From an uncultured Chloroflexia bacterium (lineage in GTDB: Bacteria > Chloroflexota > Dehalococcoidia > UBA2979): a stretch of DNA of 64,000 bases. Made by a program: the position numbers and the translations under genes. The first letter of the stretch is position 1. Every line of letters starts with the position of its first letter. The notes beneath the pieces are model-generated. The model saw nothing but the letters and a program-made list of their open reading frames with translations. It searched no databases and had not been told where the DNA came from. The DNA lies in the NCBI GenBank assembly GCA_963728205.1, contig CAVSIV010000006.1, positions 1,152,001 through 1,216,000 of the forward strand. Reading direction: 5' to 3'. This document shows, piece after piece, positions 51,280 to 59,343 of this stretch.

Positions 51280-52428
51280 ATGCCGATCAGCGTCTACATC
51301 CCGTCGCCGTTCCGGCGGCTGACGGCCAACCGCGAGTACGTCTCGGTGGAGGGCCACAGCGTCGCAGAGGTGCTCGACGCGCTCGACACGCAGTACCCGG
51401 GCTTCGCGAACCTCGTCTACGACCGCGAACGCAAGGTGCCGTCGCACATCAACATCTACCTGAACAACCAGGAAATCCACGACCTGCAGGGCACCGACAC
51501 CTCCGTCGCCGACGGGGATCAGATCGCGGTGATCCCCGCCCTCGCCGGCGGCGCGGACGGCGGCGCCTCGGGTCCGACTGCGCCGGCGCCGGCGTCGACC
51601 GCGCTCACGCCGGAGGAGGTGATGCGCTACTCGCGGCACATCATCATGCCGCAGGTCGGCCCGCAGGGTCAGCGCAAGCTGCGCAACGCGAAGGTGCTCG
51701 TCATCGGCGCCGGCGGGCTCGGCGGCCCCGTCGCGCTCTACCTCGCGCTCGCGGGCGTCGGCACGATCGGCATCGTCGAGTTCGACGTCGTCGACCTCTC
51801 CAACCTGCAGCGGCAGATCCTCCACCAGACCGCCGACATCGGCCGCCCGAAGATCCAGTCGGCGAAGGACAAGCTGCAGGCCTACAACCCGCACGTGAAC
51901 GTGATCGAGCACACGATGCCGATCACCTCCGACAACGCGATGGACATCATCCCGAACTACGACATCGTGGTGAACGGCGCCGACAACTTCGCGACGCGCT
52001 ACCTCGTGAACGACGCCGCCTACCTCGCCGGCAAGACGCTCGTCGACGGCGCCATCCTGCTGTTCGACGGGCAGGCGACGGTCTACAAGCCGGGCCAGGG
52101 CTGCTACCGCTGCCTCTACCCGGATCCGCCCCCGCCGGGGCTGGTGCCCTCGTGCGCCGAGGCCGGCGTGCTCGGCGCGATCACCGGCATCGTCGGGTCG
52201 ATCCAGGCGACCGAGGTCTTCAAGCAGATCCTTGGCGTCGGCGAGCCGCTGGTGAATCGGCTCCTTCTGATCGACGCGCTCAGCATGGAGTTCCGCACCA
52301 TGAAGATCCGCCGCGATCCGAAGTGCCCGCTCTGCGGCGACGAGCCGACGGTGACGGAGCTCATCGACTACGACGCGTTCTGCGGCTCGCCTCCGCTAGA
52401 GGTGCCGGTCGCGGCCGCGGAGGCCTGA
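51280..52428 (+). CDS. Fusion of ubiquitin-like carrier (internal GG) and MoeB/ThiF E1-like adenylyltransferase
   Basis: N-terminus IPSPFR...IPALAGG, Ala/Pro linker, then RYSRH, GAGGLG, SNLQRQ, CYRC, PSCAEAGV, CPLC; no rhodanese tail. Confidence 0.9.
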   Translation: MPISVYIPSPFRRLTANREYVSVEGHSVAEVLDALDTQYPGFANLVYDRERKVPSHINIYLNNQEIHDLQGTDTSVADGDQIAVIPALAGGADGGASGPTAPAPASTALTPEEVMRYSRHIIMPQVGPQGQRKLRNAKVLVIGAGGLGGPVALYLALAGVGTIGIVEFDVVDLSNLQRQILHQTADIGRPKIQSAKDKLQAYNPHVNVIEHTMPITSDNAMDIIPNYDIVVNGADNFATRYLVNDAAYLAGKTLVDGAILLFDGQATVYKPGQGCYRCLYPDPPPPGLVPSCAEAGVLGAITGIVGSIQATEVFKQILGVGEPLVNRLLLIDALSMEFRTMKIRRDPKCPLCGDEPTVTELIDYDAFCGSPPLEVPVAAAEA

Positions 52429-52503
52429 TCGCGGAGCCGAAGGGGCGGGGAGCGGCGGGGACGTGCACGGCACACCCGACCGCGTGACGGGAGAGGACGC
52501 TCG

Positions 52504-52785
52504 ATGACGGTGAAGGTGCACGTCACCTCGGTCATTCAGAAGGTGGTCGATGGCCAGCGCGAGTTCGACGGCGACGGCGCGACGGTCGGCGAGCTGATCA
52601 CGAACATCGATCAGCGTTACCCCGGCTTCGCCAAGCAGCTGCTGGATGGCGAGGGCAAGCTGCACCGCTTCGTGAACGTCTACCTCAACGACGAGGACGT
52701 GCGGTACCTGGGTGGCCAGGACACGCCGCTGTCGGACGGCGATCACGTGTCGATCCTGCCCGCGCTCGCGGGCGGGTCGCGCTAG
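52504..52785 (+). CDS. MoaD/CysO-like sulfur carrier 3 with GG-SR C-terminal extension
   Basis: HRFVNVYLNDEDVR, ILPALAGGSR-stop. Confidence 0.9.
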   Translation: MTVKVHVTSVIQKVVDGQREFDGDGATVGELITNIDQRYPGFAKQLLDGEGKLHRFVNVYLNDEDVRYLGGQDTPLSDGDHVSILPALAGGSR

Positions 52786-52802
52786 GAACCGGCGGGCGCC
52801 CC

Positions 52803-53738
52803 ATGCGGTACGCCAGCGTGCTCGAGATGGTCGGGCACACCCCGCTCGTCGAGATCTCGCAGCTCTCGCCGAACCCCAGCGTCCAGATCTTCGCGAAGCT
52901 CGAGGGGCAGAACCCCACCGGCTCGGTCAAGGACCGCATCGCGAAGTTCATGATCGAGGCGGCCGAGGCGCGCGGCGAGCTCAAGCCCGGGCAGGTGATC
53001 TGCGAGCCAACGTCGGGCAACACCGGCATCGGCCTCGCGCTGATCGCGAGCCTGCGCGGCTACCCGATGAAGGTGGTCATGCCCGACGCCGTGAGCGCCG
53101 AGCGCACCGAGCTGCTGCGCGCGTACGGCGCCGAGATCATCTACTCGCCGGGAGACCTCGGCACGAATGGCTCCGTCGCGAAGGCGAAGGAGCTGCGCGC
53201 CGAGCACCCGGACTGGTTCTTCCCGTTCCAGTACGAGAACGCCGAGAACCCGCGCGCGCACTACGAGACCACGGGCCCCGAGATCATCGAGGACCTGCCG
53301 GACGTCACGGCGTTCGTCGCGGGGCTCGGCACCGGCGGGACGCTCACGGGCGTCGGCCGGCGGCTGAAGGAATACAACCCGGCGATCCGCGTGATCGCGG
53401 CGGCGCCCCACCCCGGCGACATGGTGCAGGGGCTGCGCTCGATGGAGGAGGGCTACATCCCGCCCGTCTTCGACGACTCCATTCTCGACGGCCGCATCGT
53501 GGTCGATTCCGCGACATCGTTCGCGATGACCAAGGAGCTCACGCAGCGCACCGGCATCTTCGCCGGCATCTCGAGCGGCGCGGCGGTGCGCGCGGCGCAG
53601 CGCGCCGCCGAGCGGGTGGCGCAGGGCAAGATCGTCTGCCTGCTTGCGGACGGCGGCTGGAAATACCTGTCGACCGGGCTGTGGAGCCGCGACTACCAGG
53701 ACATCACGGAGGACGTGAAAGAGAAGCTGTGGTGGTGA
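52803..53738 (+). CDS. cysM: CysM-type (carrier-dependent) cysteine synthase
   Basis: NPTGSVKDR, EPTSGNTG, ADGGWKYLSTG, C-terminal KLWW like mycobacterial CysM; adjacent CysO-like gene. Confidence 0.82.
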   Translation: MRYASVLEMVGHTPLVEISQLSPNPSVQIFAKLEGQNPTGSVKDRIAKFMIEAAEARGELKPGQVICEPTSGNTGIGLALIASLRGYPMKVVMPDAVSAERTELLRAYGAEIIYSPGDLGTNGSVAKAKELRAEHPDWFFPFQYENAENPRAHYETTGPEIIEDLPDVTAFVAGLGTGGTLTGVGRRLKEYNPAIRVIAAAPHPGDMVQGLRSMEEGYIPPVFDDSILDGRIVVDSATSFAMTKELTQRTGIFAGISSGAAVRAAQRAAERVAQGKIVCLLADGGWKYLSTGLWSRDYQDITEDVKEKLWW

Positions 53739-53757
53739 GCGGCGCGCCCGCGCGCGC

Positions 53758-54045
53758 TCAGGCGACGCCGCGCTGGCGGAGCGTGCCCTCGGACGCGCGG
53801 CGGTCGCCCTCGCGCATCGGAGCGACCTCGCACACCTCGCAGGGGTCCTGCAGCTTGTGGCGCAGGATCGCGGCGATGCGCTCGCCGCAGCGGCGGCACA
53901 TGTACGCGGAGATCACGCCGGCCGGACCGGCGGCGAAGCGGTTGAACTCGCTCGGCCCGCTCACGACGGCGCCCGGCATCAGCGTCAGCTCGAAGCCCTC
54001 GTGTTCGATCGGCTTGCGGCAGGTGTCGCACAGCAACGCGAGCAT
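53758..54045 (-). CDS. Small Cys-rich protein with three CxxC pairs
   Basis: CDTC, CRRC, CEVC in 95 aa; GGAGG RBS before ATG. Confidence 0.7.
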   Translation of the reverse strand: MLALLCDTCRKPIEHEGFELTLMPGAVVSGPSEFNRFAAGPAGVISAYMCRRCGERIAAILRHKLQDPCEVCEVAPMREGDRRASEGTLRQRGVA

Positions 54046-54166
54046 GGGTGCCTCCCGGGGCGAGCACGGCCGATCCGCGCAGCGCTCCCGCTGAGATCAT
54101 CGGCGGGACCCGCGCGTCCCCACAGGCCCGACCGCGTCGCGCAGGGCCCGCGACGAGGAGGAGACG

Positions 54167-55045
54167 ATGGTCGACGCGAGGAGCGATCCGGGCGAGCGCT
54201 CCGCGGTGCCGCGGGTGGTGAGCTGCGACTGGGCGGCGGAGCACCTGGGGGACTCGGGCGTGCGGTTCGTCGAGGTCGACGTCGACACCGAGGCATACGG
54301 CGAGGGACACATCGAGGGTGCGGTCGCCTGGAACTGGACGACGCAGCTGCAGGATCCGCGGCGGCGCGACATCCTCGGCCCCGACGCGTTCGCGGAGTTG
54401 ATGGGGCGCTCCGGCATCACGCGCGACACGCACGTCGTCCTCTACGGCGATAACAACAACTGGTTCGCCGCCTTCGGGCTCTGGCTGCTCGAGCTGTACG
54501 GCCATGAGCGGGCGTCGCTGATGGACGGCGGCCGCGTGAAATGGCTGGGCGACGACCGCCCCACGACGTCGACCGTCCCCGCGGTCGAGGCGGTCGAGTA
54601 CGGCACCCCGACCCTCGACCCGGCGCAGCGTGCACGACGCGACGACGTGCTGGCCGCGCTCACGGCCGGGGGCGCGCAGCTGATCGACGTGCGCAGCCCC
54701 GCGGAGTTCTCGGGCGAGGTGATCGCGCCGCCGGGGATGACTGAGACCGCGCAGCGCGGCGGGCACATTCCCGGCGCGCTCAACGTGCCCTGGGCGCGGG
54801 CCGTGAACGAGGACGGGACGTTCAAGACGCCCGCCGAGCTGCGGCAGCTCTATGGCGCCGCCGGGCTGCGCGACGGCGGCGACGAGACGATCGTGTACTG
54901 CCGGATCGGGGAGCGCTCGGCGCATACGTGGTTCGTGCTGCGGCACCTGCTCGGCCTCCCCCGCGTGAAGAACTACGACGGGTCCTGGACCGAGTACGGG
55001 TCGCTGATCGGCGTGCCGATCGAGCGCGAGCACGAGGAGGGGTGA
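54167..55045 (+). CDS. Tandem-domain rhodanese / thiosulfate sulfurtransferase
   Basis: GHIEGAV, LIDVRSPAEF, GHIPGA, active site YCRIGERS, YDGSWTEY. Confidence 0.93.
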   Translation: MVDARSDPGERSAVPRVVSCDWAAEHLGDSGVRFVEVDVDTEAYGEGHIEGAVAWNWTTQLQDPRRRDILGPDAFAELMGRSGITRDTHVVLYGDNNNWFAAFGLWLLELYGHERASLMDGGRVKWLGDDRPTTSTVPAVEAVEYGTPTLDPAQRARRDDVLAALTAGGAQLIDVRSPAEFSGEVIAPPGMTETAQRGGHIPGALNVPWARAVNEDGTFKTPAELRQLYGAAGLRDGGDETIVYCRIGERSAHTWFVLRHLLGLPRVKNYDGSWTEYGSLIGVPIEREHEEG

Positions 55046-55046
55046 C

Positions 55047-55442
55047 ATGGCGTCGAGCGTCGGCGTCCTCGAGCAGGCCGTTTTGCGGCGCGCGCTGGCG
55101 GCGCGCGACGCGGCCCGGCTGCCGCTGCGCTTCCACGCAGCGGTGGTCGACCGCTACCGCGAGCATGCGAGCGCGCAGCTGCTGCGCACGCGCACCGTCG
55201 GCCGCATCGCGATCCCGGGGCGGTGGACGCTCGACCTCGGCATCGTCGACGGGGACGCCGCGCCGAAGACCGGACCGGAGGTCCACCTCCCGTTCCAGGA
55301 CTTCGTCGACCGCCTGCCCGAGGCAGAGTGGCCGCACTGGATCGAGCACCTGGTGGAGGTGCCGGCGAGCGCGAACTTCCTGCAGATGCGGATGACGCCC
55401 GGCGCCTGCATCGACGACGGCGAGACGCACGACTGGGAGTGA
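55047..55442 (+). CDS. Hypothetical protein inside the sulfur-relay operon
   Basis: GAGGAGG RBS, starts 1 nt after the rhodanese stop; ends GACIDDGETHDWE. Confidence 0.72.
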   Translation: MASSVGVLEQAVLRRALAARDAARLPLRFHAAVVDRYREHASAQLLRTRTVGRIAIPGRWTLDLGIVDGDAAPKTGPEVHLPFQDFVDRLPEAEWPHWIEHLVEVPASANFLQMRMTPGACIDDGETHDWE

Positions 55443-55507
55443 CGCCGCGGCGGGCCGGCGGGCCTCCGCGGATCGAGTGCCCGAGTGTCCGAACGATGGA
55501 GGACCGC

Positions 55508-55945
55508 ATGCCCCGCATTCCGCGCGCGATCGTCGACGCCATGATCGCGCACGCTCGCGAGGACCTGCCCAACGAGGCCTGCGGCATGGTGCACGCCCGC
55601 GACGGCGTGCCCATCGCCGTGCATCGCGTGCAGAACGCGGCGGCGAGCCCGTACCGCTACGAGATGAACCCGCTGCAGATGATGCGGCTGGAGAACCAGC
55701 GCGACGAGACGGGCGAGACGCTGTTTGCGATCTACCACTCGCACGTCGCTTCCGAAGCACGCCCGTCGCCGACCGACGTGCGCATGGCGTTCTTCCCGCC
55801 CGGCGAGACCGACCGGGAGCCGATGTACCCGCAGACCTACTACATCCTCGTGTCGCTCGCCCAGGAGCCGCCCGACGTCCGCGCGTTCTTCATCCGGCAG
55901 GGCGGCGTGATCGACGAGGAGTCGGTGGAGGTCGTGGCGGGCTGA
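55508..55945 (+). CDS. JAMM/Mec+ (M67) metallopeptidase
   Basis: PNEACG, YHSH...ARPSPTD JAMM motif; GGAGG RBS. Confidence 0.92.
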   Translation: MPRIPRAIVDAMIAHAREDLPNEACGMVHARDGVPIAVHRVQNAAASPYRYEMNPLQMMRLENQRDETGETLFAIYHSHVASEARPSPTDVRMAFFPPGETDREPMYPQTYYILVSLAQEPPDVRAFFIRQGGVIDEESVEVVAG

Positions 55946-56001
55946 CCCGCAAGTTTGCGCGGCCGGGTGGGCCCGACGGCAGCGGCTGCTACGCTGCGCG
56001 C

Positions 56002-56886
56002 ATGCCGGCCGCGTCCGCCCCTCACCCCGCCCCGTGTCCTGCGCCGCCCCCGCTGCGCATCGGCTCACGCGACTTCGCGTGGGGCACCCGCACCTTCATC
56101 ATGGGCATCATCAACGCGACGCCCGACTCCTTCTCCGGCGACGGCCTGCTCGACCCCGCCGCGGCGGCGGATCGCGCCCGCGCGATGGTGGAGGCAGGCG
56201 CAGACCTCGTCGACCTGGGTGCCGAGTCGACGCGCCCGGGCTATGCCGGGGTGGACGCCGGCGAGGAGTGGCGGCGGCTTGCGCCGGTGCTCGACGCCGT
56301 GCGCCGCGCGGTCGACGCGCCGCTGAGCATCGACACCACGAAGGTGGAGGTGGCGCGCCGGGCGCTCGACGCGGGCGGCGACCTGCTGAACGACGTCAAC
56401 GGGCTGCGCGGCGACCCGGCGCTGGCGGCGGTGCTCGCGCGCAGCGGCAAGCCCGCCGTGCTGATGCACAACCAGCGCGGACGCGCGTTCGGCGGTGATG
56501 TGATCGCGGACGTGCACGCGGGGCTTGCCGCGGGCGTGGCGATCGCGGAGGGGGCGGGCGTGCCGCGTGCGCGCCTGATCGTCGACCCGGGCTTCGGGTT
56601 CGGCTGGACGCCCCTGCAGAACCTCGAGCTGCTGCGCCGGCTCGGCGAGCTGTGTGCGCTCGGGTGTGCGCTGCTCGTCGGGACGTCGCGCAAGTCCACG
56701 ATCGGGCAGGTGCTGGGACGCGCGGAGGGCGATCGGCGCTGGGGGACGGCGGCCACGGTCGCTCTGGCGATTGCGGCCGGCGCGGACGTCGTGCGCGTGC
56801 ACGATGTCGACGAGATGGCGCAGGTCGCGCGCATGGCGGATGCGGTCGTGCGCTCGGCGCAGCCGGCGCCCGGGCAGGCGCGCTGA
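56002..56886 (+). CDS. folP: Dihydropteroate synthase
   Basis: MGIINATPDSFSGDG, GAESTRPG, SIDT, DPGFGF, GTSRKS, RVHDV. Confidence 0.95.
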   Translation: MPAASAPHPAPCPAPPPLRIGSRDFAWGTRTFIMGIINATPDSFSGDGLLDPAAAADRARAMVEAGADLVDLGAESTRPGYAGVDAGEEWRRLAPVLDAVRRAVDAPLSIDTTKVEVARRALDAGGDLLNDVNGLRGDPALAAVLARSGKPAVLMHNQRGRAFGGDVIADVHAGLAAGVAIAEGAGVPRARLIVDPGFGFGWTPLQNLELLRRLGELCALGCALLVGTSRKSTIGQVLGRAEGDRRWGTAATVALAIAAGADVVRVHDVDEMAQVARMADAVVRSAQPAPGQAR

Positions 56887-56889
56887 CCG

Positions 56890-57459
56890 GTGGCCGGCGT
56901 GCCGGCGGGCGAGCGACGCGTGTACCTCGGGCTGGGGAGCAACCTCGGCGACCGCGTCGCGCATCTCCGCGCCGGGCTCGACGCGCTGCGCGCCGGCGGG
57001 GTGACGCTGGACGCGGTGTCGGCCGTCTACGACACGCCGCCGTGGGGCGTCACCGAGCAGCCGCGCTTCGCGAACATCGCAGTCGCCGCGCGCACCGCGC
57101 TCAGCCCACACGCGCTGCTCGCGCTCGCGAAGCACGTCGAGGCCGACGCCGGCCGCGACTTCGAGGCGGCGCGCTGGAGCGCCCGCCCGCTCGATATCGA
57201 CCTGCTGCTCATCGAGGGCGAGGTGATCGACAGCGCGGAGCTGTCGGTGCCGCACGTGCACATGCACGAGCGCGCGTTCGTGCTCGTGCCGCTCGCCGCG
57301 GTCGCGCCGCGCGCGCGGCACCCCCTGTTCGGCCAGACGGTCCAGGCGCTGCTCGACGAGCTGCCGCCGAGCGAGCGCGTGGGCGTGACGGTGCTGGTGC
57401 CGGCCGGCTGGTACGAGGCGGCCGGAGACGACGGGGGAGGTGAGGCGCCTACTCCGTGA
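56890..57459 (+). CDS. folK: 2-amino-4-hydroxy-6-hydroxymethyldihydropteridine diphosphokinase
   Basis: YLGLGSNLGD, RPLDIDLL, PH...ERAFVLVPL. Confidence 0.93.
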   Translation: MAGVPAGERRVYLGLGSNLGDRVAHLRAGLDALRAGGVTLDAVSAVYDTPPWGVTEQPRFANIAVAARTALSPHALLALAKHVEADAGRDFEAARWSARPLDIDLLLIEGEVIDSAELSVPHVHMHERAFVLVPLAAVAPRARHPLFGQTVQALLDELPPSERVGVTVLVPAGWYEAAGDDGGGEAPTP

Positions 57460-57760
57460 CCGTGTCGGGCGGCGGCGCGCCCTCGATCGCCTCGCTCGTG
57501 TCGGGTGCCTCGTCGAACGTCGTGGGCGCCGGCGGCGGGAACGGCTCGGTCCCGAAGTCTGCCGGGTGATCCCAGTCCGTCGTCGCCATCGTGTAGCCGA
57601 CCCAGAAGCCCAGGCCCGAGAGCGCGCCGAGGCCGATGCCGACGGGGATCGCCAGCGCCAGGTACGAGCGGCGCGTGGCCGCGACCAGGAAGAGCACGAG
57701 CTGGACGACCGACAGCGCCATCAGCGCGCGGCCGATCTGGCGGGTCTGCTCCTGCGTCAT
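57449..57760 (-). CDS. Small two-TM membrane protein
   Basis: Two hydrophobic helices and an acidic Pro-rich tail; ATGA overlap with the Trm112-like gene. Confidence 0.65.
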   Translation of the reverse strand: MTQEQTRQIGRALMALSVVQLVLFLVAATRRSYLALAIPVGIGLGALSGLGFWVGYTMATTDWDHPADFGTEPFPPPAPTTFDEAPDTSEAIEGAPPPDTVTE

Positions 57761-57984
57761 GCGCCCGTCTCCCCGGCGCGAGCGGCCTCCGCCTCCATCT
57801 CGCGACGGAGGTCCGGTGGCAGCAGGTTCGGGATGCCCTCGGAGATCGGGTAGCGCTCATTGCAGGCCGCGCACGTGAGCGCGCCCTCGAGCACCTCGCC
57901 GTCCGGAGATTCGCTCGTGGCCTCGAGGCTCAGCTCGCCCTTGCAGACCGGGCAGGCGAGGATGTCCATCAGGTCGCGGCGCAT
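57757..57984 (-). CDS. Trm112-family (methyltransferase activator-like) protein
   Basis: MRRDLMDILACPVCKG...LTCAACNERYPISEGIPNLLPP; GAGGA RBS. Confidence 0.88.
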   Translation of the reverse strand: MRRDLMDILACPVCKGELSLEATSESPDGEVLEGALTCAACNERYPISEGIPNLLPPDLRREMEAEAARAGETGA

Positions 57985-58098
57985 CGGCGTGTCCTCTGGT
58001 GCATGCGGGACGAGCGAGGCTCGATCATAGGCGGGGCGACCAGACCCGGGCAACGCGGCGGATCGCCCCACCGGGGTCGCGCGCATAGACTCCGAGGC

Positions 58099-58785
58099 GT
58101 GACCAGCGATCACCCCGAGCCCGCCGTCGAGCGCATCGCGCTCCACCGCGCCGTCGCCGTCATCAAGCCCGACAGCATCGCCGTGCGCCCGCCGCGGTCC
58201 GCGTTCATGGGCCCCCTGTTCCAGGCGGCGCTCGCCGCCGGCGCCGTGTGGCTGATCGTCGCGTTCATGAACGTCCTGCCGCTCTGGCTGCTCGGCGTGC
58301 TGCTGGTGTTCGCGATCATCTTCGGACCCACGGCGGTGCTCGGCGTCGTCTACAACGTCGCCGGCACGAGCTTCATCGTGGAGCGCCACAAGCAGTCGGC
58401 CCGCTGGCAGCAGGGGTTTCTCGGCCTCGGGATCGGCACGCACGAGCTCGTGCCGTTCTGGCGGATCAAGCGCATCGAGGTCGTGAGCGACGCCGACGAC
58501 ACGCTGAGCGGCGGCGATGTCCAGGACGTGGTCCGGTGGGAGATCCGGCTCGTGAAGGACAACGATCGCGTGCTGGAGATCGCCAGCGTGCTCGCCGCGC
58601 GCCCGCTGGCGCGACGCGGTGCGCAGCGCGCGAATCGCTTCGCGGAGGCGCTCGGCGCCATGGCCGGCGCGGCCACCGACCTGGCCCCCCTCCCGGAGCC
58701 GCCGTCCGAGCCCGCGTCGCACGCGGAGCAGGCGGCCGGCGCGCCCGCCGAGGCGCCGCGCCGCCGCTATCGCCGCCTCGGCTGA
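58099..58785 (+). CDS. Hypothetical membrane protein
   Basis: Two TM helices followed by a beta-rich soluble domain; TAGACT 7 nt upstream of GTG. Confidence 0.6.
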   Translation: MTSDHPEPAVERIALHRAVAVIKPDSIAVRPPRSAFMGPLFQAALAAGAVWLIVAFMNVLPLWLLGVLLVFAIIFGPTAVLGVVYNVAGTSFIVERHKQSARWQQGFLGLGIGTHELVPFWRIKRIEVVSDADDTLSGGDVQDVVRWEIRLVKDNDRVLEIASVLAARPLARRGAQRANRFAEALGAMAGAATDLAPLPEPPSEPASHAEQAAGAPAEAPRRRYRRLG

Positions 58786-58838
58786 CATACGCTGATCGCG
58801 AGCGCCGACACGGCGTCCGGGGACGACAGGAGGCAGCC

Positions 58839-59243
58839 ATGGACCGCGCGATGGAGCTGATCCGCGACGCAAAGACGATCGCCGTGGTGGGCGTCTCGGC
58901 GAAGCCCGACCGCCCGTCGCACGACGTCGCGCGCTACCTGATCGAGCACGGCTACACCGTCTACCTCGTGAACCCCACGGAGACCGAGGTGCTCGGCCGT
59001 CCGGTGTACGCGAGCGTCGCGGACCTGCCCGAGCCCGTCGACATCGTGGACGTGTTTCGTCGACCCGGCGACGTTCCGCCGGTCGTCGAGGACGCGATCG
59101 CCGCGCGCGCGAAGACGGTGTGGATGCAGCTCGGGATCGTGAACGAAGACGCCGCCGCGCGCGCCCGCGACGCGGGTCTCGAGGTCGTGATGGACCGCTG
59201 CACGAAGATCGAGCACGCTCGCCTCGCCGCGGAAGCCCGGTAG
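58839..59243 (+). CDS. CoA-binding protein (YccU-like)
   Basis: TIAVVGVS.KPDRPS, VNP, DIVDVFR, VWMQLG, VVMDRC. Confidence 0.9.
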   Translation: MDRAMELIRDAKTIAVVGVSAKPDRPSHDVARYLIEHGYTVYLVNPTETEVLGRPVYASVADLPEPVDIVDVFRRPGDVPPVVEDAIAARAKTVWMQLGIVNEDAAARARDAGLEVVMDRCTKIEHARLAAEAR

Positions 59244-59343
59244 TGCCGCGCGCGGACCGGCGCCGGCGCGGCGGTCCGTGGCGCGGAAAAGGCAAGGTGA
59301 TACACTCGCGTTCCAGACGGCAGCGCGCGAGGGAGCGATTCAC

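Noticed and set aside
51280-55945. Ubl + E1 + JAMM as an anti-phage ubiquitination system (Bil/CBASS type)
   Set aside because: No E2 or cyclase, host-like codon usage, and embedded among cysK/cysM/rhodanese; sulfur metabolism explains it better.
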